Below, one piece after another: positions 38,686-50,604 of a stretch of DNA of 64,000 nucleotides. The stretch is from the NCBI GenBank assembly GCA_964234715.1, contig OZ174277.1. One strand, written 5' to 3'. A program made the translations under genes and the position numbers. The notes beneath the pieces are model-generated. The model had not been told where the DNA came from, did no database searches, and saw only the letters and a list, made by a program, of their open reading frames with translations. Each line of letters starts with the position of its first letter. Within the stretch, counting starts at the first letter, position 1. Source of the DNA: Podarcis melisellensis (taxonomy: Eukaryota).

Positions 38686-38764
38686 CATGCCACAAGCCAT
38701 GCAGTGTGGGTGACATGCAGTTTTTTGTTTGTCTTTTTAAAAATCATATCTGACATAGTTAGTA
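38686..38764 (-). promoter_or_regulatory. Putative intronic splicing-enhancer cluster (UACUAAC, two UGCAUG, one GCAUG) downstream of the 129-nt cassette exon
   Basis: On the minus strand: TACTAAC at 38758-38764, TGCATG at 38714-38719 and 38698-38703, GCATG at 38686-38690. Confidence 0.6.
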
Positions 38765-38906
38765 AAAACAAAAAAGCAAATTCCTTTTCAGATGCAAGCA
38801 TTATACTTGATCTGGAGTGCCTTCAATAGCCAAATGGCATATAACATTTAGGAGAAAAAAACCCTGTCAAGATCCCACAGCAAGTCCAGTTTACATGGCT
38901 ACCTAC

Positions 38907-39035
38907 CCGTACTGGTCAGGCTGATGCATCATGGGAGCCTGAGTGCTGCCATAGTTGGGGTGCTGTGAAGAAAACATGGGGCGTCCGCCAGCCCCAGACT
39001 GGCTGGGATAAGCAGGCGACCTAATGTATGGTGGC
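38907..39035 (-). CDS. ARID1B: Probable alternative (cassette) ARID1B exon, 129 nt, symmetric phase 2-2 ([R]PPYIRSPAYPSQSGAGGRPMFSSQHPNYGSTQAPMMHQPDQY[G])
   Basis: Acceptor TTCTTTTGTTCTGCTTTAG|GCCA and donor CGG|GTAGGT. 43 codons with no stop in the ARID1B frame. P/Q/G/S/Y/M composition like the flanking exons; locally GC- and CpG-enriched. Confidence 0.85.
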
Positions 39036-40740
39036 CTAAAGCAGAACAAAAGAACAGCTTCTTTGGATTTGTATTGGATCACAAGCATGAACCACCTCGT
39101 CAGCTACAATCCTTCCATACTGAAGCATGTAGGATTCTTACTGTTGGGCAAATAGCCATATAGCTTTCCATTAGGAACCAAGGAGAAAAATGCTGTGCTT
39201 CCAAACCTCTTGGATAAAAAGGGATTCATCCCACAAGTTGCTTCCTAATGCTCCTTTTGCAATTAAGGTCTAATGACTTCATAATCTTCCTACAGGTGTT
39301 AGATTACCTGGGGCGCACAATGTGATGAAGAGGTTTTGAAATGTTGTGTTTTGATTATGGAGATACAGCAACTGAAAAGTAAGTCTACAAAATAGATTTG
39401 AGAGTTAGGCTTCAAGTGGGAAAGCAACCTACGGGTATTATGTTTGTGTGTTTAAATCAAATATGAAATACTTTATCCAAATTCATAATGTGAATTGCAA
39501 CCATGCACTCTATTTTACTGGCAATTATTAATGTTTAAAATTAATTATATTGCTTTTATGTTTGTAAAATACCAATTGCTCAAACCAAAACAAAAAAATG
39601 CATAAAACCTGTTGATCTACTGAATTTCACAGGAGCCCAGGTCAGTAATTTAGAAAGGAAATGTGATTTTATCCTATTAAAATAGTAGTATTTTGGGGGT
39701 TTTAAAAGATGTTTTAGGTCTCCCTAATCCTCCATAGTACAAACAAGTTGTGTATACCTTTTCCTTTATATGCATAATAGACATAAAAATATCTGGAGTA
39801 ATTAGTGTGTAAGGTCATCAATGGTATATTATATAACCAAATGCAATGTACCGGTATATGTCTGTAGAAATGTGTATAAATATGTATTTTATATATGCAT
39901 GCACTTAATATACACATAGATCCATCTTGCAAAACAATAATAAAATTCATTTTTCTGCTGAGGAAAAGTCTATTTCAACACTATGAAACAGAGAAACACA
40001 ACATGATCTCAAGAAACGTGAGAGCATGTGTTCCCCATGGCTGCCATAGGCAGCACAAGGAAAGATGCTATTTGCGTTTCCACAGGTTTTTAGAACTGCA
40101 GGCACATACTGCAATCCAGTAACCAGGTATTCTCCCTTAAGGGTCTTGGAGATATCATCCCAGGGATAGTAGGCTGCACATATTAGCTATGGAGTATAAA
40201 TTTATGGTGCTACCTCAAGACCTGAGGAAGATGTTTCTTGTACTGCAAAAACCACAAGACTAGAGATTAATAATCCATATTTCAGTCTCCACCTCAGAAC
40301 AGCAGTTATAAATGAGATGTTCTGGTTAGCTTTAAAAAGGGTGGCGCCTGCCCAAAACTGCTCATATCCATTGGCGAATGGATTTTGAAAATGTTCTGGA
40401 GACTTCAAATGCCCAAGAGACAACAACGATCCCAGCAATGGTGCTTCTTTCCACCCTCCTTTCCCCAACAATTCATGCCACACCTGTGTGTACAAAATTT
40501 ACCCTTTCAGAATTGCAGGGGTTAACTGTAGGGATTTTACTTTTTACGTCATATTAAAACTGTGGGACTATAAATACTTATATTCATAGATATAAAACAT
40601 GTCTTGAAATGGTAAACACCTGCCACTGTCATTTGGGTTTCTTTTAACAATTATACCGTTTTGTCCTTTGCACAAACCTCCTTTACTTTATAAGCAAGTA
40701 CATTTTAAATGGTTTTGGATCCTTTCCTTTGGACTCATAC

Positions 40741-41068
40741 CTGCTCTGGGCGGAGTTTGCGGCAGCCTGCATCACTGCTGCAGCCGCCTCCTGTGCCTTA
40801 CGGTTCACAGTCGGCATGGGTGGTCCCATCCCTGGGCCTCCCTGCTGAGACATGCCTGGAGAATTGGGGGTCATACTGCTCATATTTCCAGGAAACGGTC
40901 TGCTCTGCATCCCAGCTGATGGCATTCGTCCCAGGGGTATGGTACCACAAGGCTGGCCTGGCCCTTGTCCATGCATCTGGCTGCTGGCATTTATACCCAT
41001 ACCAGGTCCTGGGCCACTGTAACTCGTGTTGGTCACCCCAGAGTACGTTGGCTGTCTGGAGTAGTTTC
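40741..41068 (-). CDS. ARID1B: ARID1B coding exon, 328 nt, phase 1-2 ([11 protein letters not shown]...[24 protein letters not shown][R])
   Basis: Acceptor TTTTGTTTAG|GAAAC and donor CAG|[28 protein letters not shown] is characteristic of ARID1B rather than ARID1A. Confidence 0.98.
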
Positions 41069-41850
41069 CTAAACAAAACAATGTAACAGAAGAAAATAAA
41101 GTTACAACCTTGGATTCAGAGAAACAGCTTGCTGGAAAATCTCATTCAATGAAGTAACCCAAACAGTGCAAGACACAAATGGAGGATTCCCTATCTATTA
41201 TTCAATACTGGTTTTCTGCAGATATGGATTTCTGAAAGTGGTGGACTTGCTTCACTGAGGATATGTGGTGGACAGGAGAAGGCAGGATATTTTGGGAGGT
41301 GGGGGTGGGGACTGCAGCTGCATAATCATCCTGCAACACCAGAAGCAGGGTTGAAAAGAGTGGGGAAGTAGAAACATGGGGGTGAAACAAGGAAGGACCT
41401 TAAGAAAATCTAGCTAGGGTGAGTACTGTGCATTGCAGGCTGTGGTGGCATGTCTTCCTTGTTGCTCCTACACTTTGAAAAATTAAGCAGACTTCACTGA
41501 AATGCAAACATTAGATCCCTTTCCCCTCATTCTCCACATTCTAGAATAAGAAACACAGAACATATATAATTCCTTCCCCGTGCCCTTTGTACATTAACAA
41601 ATAAAGATCTAGATTGATATTGTCATAGTATCTTCATAATAGGTTCATATGCAAGCCCGAGTACATTATGTCTATTTCTTTTTCCTTCTTCCGTACACTT
41701 TTAACTCAGTCATGCCTTACGAGTTCTATCTTGTGATTTTAAAGGAAATTAAATAACACTGAGCATTCGCTTTAAGAACTGACAACAAGCGCTCCCACTA
41801 TGTGCTTAAAATGAAATGCCAGCCTCCAGTTTTAGCTGCTATTTTAAATA

Positions 41851-42076
41851 CAGTGGTACCTCGGGTTAAGTACTTAATTCGTTCCAGAGGTCCGTTCTTA
41901 ACCTGAAACTGTTCTTAACCTGAAGCACCACTTTAGCTAATGGGGCCTCCTGCTGCTGCCGCGTCGCTGGAGCCCAATTTCTGTTCTCATCCTGAAGCAA
42001 AGTTCTTAACCAGAGGTAATATTTCTGGGTTAGCGGAGTCTGTAACCTGAAGCGTATGTAACCCAAGGTACCACTG
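41851..42076. mobile_element. Tc1/mariner (pogo/Tigger-like) MITE, 226 bp, young
   Basis: TIRs CAGTGGTACCTCGGGTTA / TAACCCAAGGTACCACTG; TA on both sides; internal TTCTTAACCTGAA repeats. Confidence 0.9.
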
Positions 42077-45000
42077 TACAACTTTTTAATCCCCACCCCA
42101 GCACAGCCATAGGTAATCAACCTTTCTAATATAATTGATAAACAATTCACCAACAGCCTTTATTGCTGACATTTTACTTCCACTCAGATATAAATTCACT
42201 GGTATATCCACTGTTTGTTCTACACATATCTATTTTTATTATGCAGCTGTGTTTGCAGAACACAAAACAGACATTCCCATTCATAGTCTATGAGAAACAG
42301 GAAAATCTTTACGTGACATCAACACCTGCTGGGTCTTTTGTCCTGGAAAAACTTATTCACACCTGCCTAGTAATCACATAGCAGCAGTGAGGACTTTGTG
42401 GTCAGGAGAAAAAACCTTGCAGGTTGAATAGCCCTCAGAAATCTAACATTATCTACTTCTGCCTTACATAGTAATCTTTCTAATATATATAATATAATGT
42501 ATATAATTCCAATCGTCAGCATAGATCTGACCCATATATGCTATATTAGGAATCTCTGGTCAAGACTTAGGGGAATTCAGAATGGAACTTTATCAGATAT
42601 AACTGCACTTCTTGAGATTGTAACTGAGTCTTTGAAACAGCATGAGAAGCGTCTCCCAGTTTCTTTATACAAGGAGGAGGATCTATCCTAGCTGTTAAAC
42701 ACAAAGGTACTATATTACTATTCATAGACAAGATGAGTCACAGAAGATAAAAAAACCCATTTTCTTTTGATCTCTCAAATGTCTTATGGCTTCAGGTAAG
42801 AAAGAATGTCTCTTTAAAAAAAATTTAATTAATTTTTCATTAATAATAATCCAATATAAGCCACATTGATACAATACCAAATCATAATACAATTTAAGAA
42901 GCCAAATTATTCCATTCCAAATTAAACATTTTTGGGTGACTTCCCATGTTCTGATTTTGGGGAGATGATGTTGTTGTTCCTTTACCTGCTTCCATTCTTA
43001 TTTAATGTCCAAATAATACCATTCCGATGTAAATCATTTATCTTAAAGAAAGAAAGAGTGTCTCCATGGGATGACACTGAAGTCTCATCTAAAGCTGGGA
43101 GGGGGAACCTGTGGCCATCCAAATGTTGGTGAACTTCAACTCACACACTTGCAAGTGTGTATGTATATCCATGTGTGTGTGTTTGTCTCAGAGACACATT
43201 GACCTGTCTGAAGCCCCTCATATGATACTGTAAAATTAATTTGCAACAGAGAAGCATGAGTATAGATCTCTAATGCCTTGTAATCTTCTGGTATTAAAAA
43301 AACAAACATTTGTTCTGAATTTTCCTTATTGGGGCTATGTGCAGGGCAGCAGTAGAATAGACATCACCCACAAACACAGAGGAATCTTCTTTATCAAAGT
43401 GGTTGAGTCAGAATGGGCTAGGTTGACAAGAACACGATAACCTTTTAGGGGGGGGGAATGTAGATTTCCTCCCTCAACACCTCAATAAATAAATAAATAG
43501 CAACAAACGAGACAGAAAGCCAGGAATGAGAATTACAAACTTATTTCCATGTTTCTCTAATATATTAGTAATTTGCTGGCAATGGCTTTGACAGCCAACA
43601 GATGGATACACCATTAGATACAATGAATGCAGCAGATGCTGAGCCAGCCTCCATCAGCTGGACATGTCAAGCAGCCAAGTGCAAGAGCCACACTTTTCAA
43701 GTGGGTACCGGTTGGCGTGGCAGCCTTGGAACATTAACAAGCAGCCCATTCTCCTTTCAGCCAATGGATTTCAGATTCCAGCCCATTTCAGTGAATTATC
43801 ACTAATTGCAGGAGCTCTGAAGTCTTATATAGAGGAGAAAGCAGTGGCCCTATTAAACCAAATTTAAAATAGAGGAATGGAGACATAGACCTCAGTATTT
43901 AAGCTTGAAAACAGAAATATTTCAAGATCCTCAAGCTCATGCCTAGATTGTAGCAGATTGTGTGACATGCACCAAATCCAGAGAAGCACTTGTACTCTGG
44001 TTTAAGTTGAAAGTGTCTCAGTGTCAGTGTCATTGGGAAAACTCACAGTCCTAAAGATGATCTGGCAAGAAATACAAACACATTTAAGACTGATCAATAA
44101 ACCTATTTTGACAAAGCCTATCTTCTTATTTACATGTTCTGTACAGTGTGCAGTTCTTCTTTAGATACTCAACAAATAAATATTTTAAATAAACTATTTA
44201 AAACAGAATTTTAATTCTACTGAGTGCTTCTATACAGATTTTTGGTAACAAGCTTGTTCCGAATCAATTCTAACACGGCTAACTGAAGACACTAACCATT
44301 TGCTCATGAAGTGTTTCTTCCTATAAAATAAATCACACATATCCAGCCATTTTATATTGCTTATGTGTGTATGTCATGCTATGCTTAATGAACAGAAAAA
44401 CAAAACTCTAGTTGTAAATGTATCAATTCCAGTGCATGTGTCTACCATTTTAGATACATGTCAAACATGCCACTGAATAAAATGAAGGTTGTCACTTATT
44501 CAGCCTAACATTTAGGATACTGTATGATCACCAAAGCATGGAATCAACAAACCTCTGTGTGATTTGGCAGGCGGCTACATCTCTGATACACCAATGCTTT
44601 CATAGTTCCAATTCTTGACTAAAACCAGAAATTCATTTGCAGAGACACTTGCAGTATAAAGAAAGTGGGGGAACAGGGAACTGCAGAACTTAACAGGAAA
44701 AGGGACACAGTATTTGGCATGTTATCTGAGAGCATTGCTTTGGCATTAAAATCAATTCCATTCAGTCAGTTTGAATGGCTAATGTTTTACTAAGAAGAAA
44801 GCTACCATTTTCAGACAAGAATCTCAATAATTTCAATATGGCTAGGTCATTATGGTAAATTATAAATCTGGGTTTTTTCTTCTTCTTTACAACATAAGCT
44901 AGCATCTAATTATTGCACAGTTCGTACAATTTGGGACCTTATAATTGCATAATATTTTACAAACCAAAAGGTTTCCACCAGCTGGAAAGCTAATTCTCAA

Positions 45001-47843
45001 AACTGCTGCCATTCAGCAATGTACCCAATTCACAGTTCAGTTTAGAAAACTAGAGAAATGGATGAATCTGCCTATAGAGGATTCAACCATTGTTGTTTCC
45101 AAGTGGCATCATTACATGCAGGCACCAAAAGCAACCATGCGAAGTAACTAATGTGGAATTAGAGGCAATCAAATAGCTTCTAAAACAAGCAGATGAAATA
45201 ATCCATCTAGTGGACTAAAATTACTATCCCAATTAAGCAATTTCACAACAGAACAGAACTATTGTCAACACTTGTGTCCAAAAATCCTTGCAAGCAGCTG
45301 AAGAATTTGCTAAAATGGTTGGCAAGTTGAAACACTTAATGAAATATGGTTGCATCAAATGGTTGGTGGAAGGCTCTTTGATCTACTGGAGGTTTCCATG
45401 AGGAGAAAATGGGAAGAGATTATTTTTGCTGATTCCCCCTTACATCTGCTGCTCTCTGCACCCCTCTAAGGTGGGGACCCCTTAGATTCGAACAGTGTGA
45501 GAGGTGTCACAGAGGGGTCTGCAGAAGAAAGGTGAAATTTCTAAAAACAGTCTCTTCTAACTTTCTACTCAAGGACGTTTCTACTGGATCAAATAACCTT
45601 CTGCCAGTAGAGAGACACAACTGGATTTAACCTATTAACTTTAAACTTAGCTCATGGAAAACAAAGCAGTCAAAGCAGTCTTTGGCATCATCTCTTCAAT
45701 TGGAGTCAACAAGAGTTTTAAAGCTCTTTAAAATATTCCCTCAAAATTCTAAAACATGTAATAAGGGAGCTCACAGAAACTGAAGGCTTCTTTAAACAGC
45801 ACAAATGTTATGTTTCCTCTCTACAGTAAATATATTACAATACACACTAAACAATGTTGAATCCTCACAGGCTTTCCCGCATCCTCCATCAATGAAGGAA
45901 AGTCTTTATGTGAAGCAGAGAAGTAAATGGATACAAAATCTTTGTTCGGCAGAACTCAAAGCACTCACTACAAAAGCTGTATTTGAGGCAAAGGTCTGTT
46001 GTATTACATCTTGCTTTAAAACCATATGAGACGAAAGTGAATGGAGGTCCTTTCTGTCATGTCTATATACAGATCAAGAAGTCAAAAGATGGAATACTTA
46101 TGCCACAACTAAAACATTATGTTCATGGTGAGGAGCACACCAGGTGATTATAATGGAAGAGAAGGAGCTGTACAACTACTGGGGTCAGGAACAATGTAGG
46201 GATTTTTTGTCCAAAAAAACATAACATACAAAAACTGTATGTTGATTTTCATGCTTTTTTAAAAAAAAAAGTAGTTCCCTAGTTTGAATGGTCACAGGAT
46301 GAAGTGCAAACTGCAAAAACTATCAGTGATATATCCAGGCACTATTTGAATGAACTTAGCTTCTTCCCAGGTTCATTCAACCCCCACTCTAGGTTTGTAA
46401 GAATGGGACTTCTCAGGAATAAGGGCCTATATGGGAGCAGGGAACTTGGAACGCTAGGCTAATCAGTTGCAGCCGATTTGGGTGACCAGATACATAAACT
46501 CTTAGTTTCTTGAAGAACACTAGTCCTTAGTTTTGGGCAAGCCAGCTTATTGCTCCTATCCTGACTGACCTGCTACCACCAACTCTTGCTAATACCTTGT
46601 TTTTGGAATCCTGTCTACCCTCGAACCACTCTGCTGTGTTTGACTTCAAGACCCTGCTGCTAGACCATGCCTCACTGTGCTTGATCTTAGCTTCTCAGCC
46701 CTGACTTGTAAGTAAAATTAACTATAGCTATTGTAAACAAGCAATTGTAGGAGGGAACAGGAGACCAAAGTCAGAGACCATGTGAGTCAGAGGCCATGAT
46801 GTCTGAACTGGACCAATAGTTTAGGAGCATCAAAATCCACGTAGAAACTAGCCTAGAATTAGTATCAGTTTAATGTCATTCACCAAAGGCTTTATGTACC
46901 AGTAAAATTAATCTACAATGAAGTCTATTTTTATACCTATTGTTCACACTAAAGGAACAATATTTTAAGATGAAATATTCCAGTAAATAATTATGATCTA
47001 TGTTGCCTGGACAGAAAAAACTTTAAGATGAAGAACAGCTCTATGACAAAAATGACATTTTGGTTGAGAATAATAAACCATAAAGTATTGTATATTATGT
47101 TCAGAAAACCACACCATTAAAAAAAAAACTCTCCTCCAAAGAAGCTGTTGGGAAAAGATCAGTGGGTCTCAGTATATGCCAGGAAGATAAGGGATATAGT
47201 AATTATGGCAACCTCTTCGAAGGTTTTACAGTGAAGCTAGGTGAGTTTTGGCAAGCAACATGCACTTTTACTGGAATCTGTGTTCGTTCATATCTAACAT
47301 TTTGGACAAACCTGAAAAGCGTGCAAACCCACAGAGGGTGAGCCAATAAAGTTGCAATATGAAACACTGCAAAAACAAAGGTTTCATATGACTGGCTATA
47401 GTTCTTCAACAATGCCTCTGAGGGCCAATTTAAACATTACAACTTTCATGTGAAGTCTGCTAGAAAGAATTCAACACTTATTTATTTTTTATCCTGACTT
47501 TCTTCCAAGCAGCACAGACTGGTCTACAGGACCACCACCCCATAAAAACCACTTACCCATTTAATTGGCCCAAACAAATATATTGTAGCCATGCCACTGG
47601 ATGAGATTAAGAATGTTGGAGGAATCTGTTGAAAATGGACCATTGAGCTGACATGGATTCTTATATAAATGCTTTTCTAAACAAGTGGACATTATATGCA
47701 AATAGAGATGTAAATTGCTTTACTGTTTACATATTCAATCATATATAATTCCTGCTGTCCCATAAGGAGCTCCATTGCTTTTCTTTCTTCAGCAGTGTTG
47801 ATTGAGAGTTGACTTTGTTTCTAGGGGCAACTTATAGGTGCTA

Positions 47844-47930
47844 AGGCTGCAATCCTAACCATATTTACTCCAATGTCCCATTGAATTCAATGGGGCTCAC
47901 TCCCAGATAAGCAGAGTTATGATTGCATCT
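47844..47930. repeat. Short (~85 bp) palindromic MITE-like repeat; related copies near 10895-11062 (two), 20140-20222 and 36817-36902
   Basis: GCTGCAATCCT...CCCATTGAATTCAATGGGGCTCACTCCCAG...GATTGCA with a central palindrome. Confidence 0.65.
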
Positions 47931-47984
47931 TTAATCTGCTTCCTACTGTGAAATATAAAATCTAGTGTAATGCAGAATTCATTA

Positions 47985-49563
47985 CACTGGTCAACAATGA
48001 ATTTGTTGTCTGCGTTTTTTCAGCTGATTTAGGACGAATCTGATGCGCTGAATCCAAAAATCACATTGGTTTTGCTCAATCAAGTCAAGTTTTTGAGTTA
48101 TGGCCACATGTCATTTTTTAATATTTTGTTCACATGTACGCTTGTGTGGAGCATTTTAGAAGAAGTTGGTGGGGGTAAAATGCCATGTCGAATAATTGTT
48201 TTGATTGGAAATGATTATTTTAATGACAAGAAGTATTCAGGTTCAATAGTTCTGGGTGATTATGTCGAAAAGGGATCAGTTTGAAGTCATAAAACCTCAA
48301 AATCTTCCATAAATTGGTGCGGCAAAGCATACAGTTGGGGGATCAAAACCCCTGGCTCACTCGAGTACACTGAAGGAGAACTACGAAGCGGTGAAGTATG
48401 TGCTGGAGAAAATTGGTTATGATCAGCATAAGTGGTTTATTTGTGTTGACCTGAAGATGGTGAACTTTTTGTTGGGACAACAGTCTGGCTTCACCAAGTA
48501 CCCATGTTTTCTGTGCATGTGGGATAGTAGGGATCGTGCTCAGCATTACATGAAGAAGGACTGGCCTGTGCAGGAGGAACTGGTGCCTTGCAGAAAAAGG
48601 AACGTCATCAACGACCCTCTGGTGGACTGGGCAGAGACAGAATACTCTTCCCACCGCTGCACATCAAGTTCGGCTTAATCAAGCATTTCACCAAGGCTCT
48701 GGACAAGGATGGTGACTGCTTCACTTACTTGTGCCAGGCTTTTCCAGGATTGACCATGGAGAAGTTGAAAGCTGGCATCTTTGACGGTCCTCAGATCCGT
48801 CAGCTCATCAGAGATCCAGAGTTCGGAAACTCAATGAACGAAGTGGAACTGGAAGCATGGAAGGCATTTGTTCCGGTAGTGAAGAACTTTCTTGTCAACA
48901 ATAAGGCCAGAAACTACGCAGAACTTGTCAACAACATGCTGACTGCTTTCAGAAACCTGGGCTGCAACATGAACGTCAAGATGTACTACCTATTTTCACA
49001 CATGGACCAGTTTCCTGAGAACCTGGGTTCAATGAGGGACAATCAGGGGGAGAGATTCCATCAGGACATGAAAGAGATGGAGACCAGGTATCAGGGTCGC
49101 TGGGATGCAGTCATGATGGCTGACTACTGTTGGACTCTGAAGAGAGACCTCCCTGCCGCTGAGCATTCCAGGAGTTCCAAGAAATGGAAGTTCAAGCCCT
49201 GAAGTTTGAAAAATGGTGAAGCAACATGCAATTTACGTGTACTTACCTTTATCAATGGCCACCATTCAGTTTACAGTAATTGATGCTTCGATCAGGTAAT
49301 CAATATATGTTGTTGGAAAAACATTTTTTTCTCTTAAAAACATATTTAGGATGATGTGTGTTGACAAAAAGCAGCTGATAATGCCACAAAAATGTAATTG
49401 ATTTTGTCACAAGATCTGATTTTTTTTCAAATCAACATAGCACAAAAACCTGACCTAATGGAGAGAAACAGATGCCATTTCCTGATTCAGCAGTGCAAAA
49501 ATACCCTAAATCATTTGCAGAAATCTAGACAACATTCAAAAAGTAAAAAATTGTTGCCCAGTG
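47985..49563 (+). mobile_element. Chapaev-3-type (CMC superfamily) DNA transposon, internally deleted, 1579 bp
   Basis: TIRs CACTGGTCAACAAT / ATTGTTGCCCAGTG, extending as about 110 bp of imperfect inverted repeat. TTA duplicated at 47982-47984 and 49564-49566. Transposase motifs ICVDLK, KYPCFLCMWDSR, PPLHIKFGL, GIFDGPQIR, GERFHQD. Confidence 0.9.
48350..49202 (+). pseudogene. C-terminal part of a Chapaev-3 transposase, frameshifted near 48628-48632, N-terminus missing
   Basis: ORFs 48391-48678 and 48588-49202 read as one protein (...PLVD/RDRILFPPLHIK...) if TGGGC at 48628-48632 is removed. Coding similarity starts abruptly at PLAHSSTLKENYEAVKY with no upstream ATG-led domain. Confidence 0.85.
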
Positions 49564-50409
49564 TTATTGCTCCTTTCACATTGGTACCTTTTGATTTCGT
49601 CCATGCTCCTCAATTTAAAGTCTGAGGAGCATATTTAACTAAGTGTGAGTGGAACAACCTCTGCATGTGCAATGGGACTTCTTTGTTAGAGCCTACACTC
49701 CTACTCGAGTGTAGGCTGAACTCCTGACATTCCTCACCCCAGTTCCCCTGTCCTGTATAGGCTTAACTATGCACATAGGCTTAACTGTCACCAAGTATAA
49801 TAATAAAAACTACAGAAGTTGTGCTAGGGGTTGCACAACATATTTCACAAGTACAAGACATCAATTGAATTTGGCTGTTGCGGTAAACTAGGGCCTCCTG
49901 GCAGCAGAAGGGATGTTGCACAAGCTGGCTGTAACAATTGGATATCAGCTACTGTCTTCTAGCACTCAGCTGAAATTGTCTGCATTATTCAAAAAGCTGG
50001 CCACAACTTGAAAATCTTTAGTCTGCAGCATATCCTGGAAATGTCACAACCGGCAACTTTAACTTGCAAATTGTTTGACAGTTGTGACTGACACTTTCAA
50101 ACTGGCTAACTTCACACATCTCTAAATTAACTTTACCAATGAATGAAGTTTCTTTTTTTAAAAAAATATTTATTATGTATTAAATTTGTTAGTAACTTTA
50201 TCTTGCCCAAGGCAACCCAAAGTTTATGATCCACAAGTGTGATCTTTTTGCATTCTGTCAAGACTTTTGAGAAATCAATTCCTGGTCTACTTAACATGGA
50301 CTGAGCTACAGACATGCACACCTACATTACTATATTTATTCTGTAAACTGAGTTACTTCACCTCACTTACATTACAAGCATTAACTACAGATAGCTGCTC
50401 ACTTTGGAC

Positions 50410-50604
50410 CAGGGGTGCCAGCTTGAATAAAATATTGGGGGTGCGGCAGGTAAGCCCTACCCCACATAATCGTTTACAAGATGTGGCACACATGCATCAT
50501 TTGAATGGCAGTGCCCATCAACCTTTTTTTGGGGTAGTCCCCTCAAATATTTTACTAGGTGGCAGGGTTGAAGGGACCTTGGTTCCAAAGAACTGGCTCC
50601 TATG
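50410..50604. mobile_element. hAT MITE, 195 bp
   Basis: Ends CAGGGGTGCCAGCTT / AACTGGCTCCTATG; TSD CTTTGGAC / CTTTAGAC (7/8). Confidence 0.8.

Noticed and set aside
40668-41086. Overlapping antisense and alternative-frame ORFs (83-125 aa)
   Set aside because: Shadow ORFs of the GC-rich ARID1B exon.
48391-49202. Domesticated transposase gene nested in the intron
   Set aside because: Frameshifted, N-terminally deleted, and still bounded by TIRs and a TSD, so it is an ordinary TE copy.
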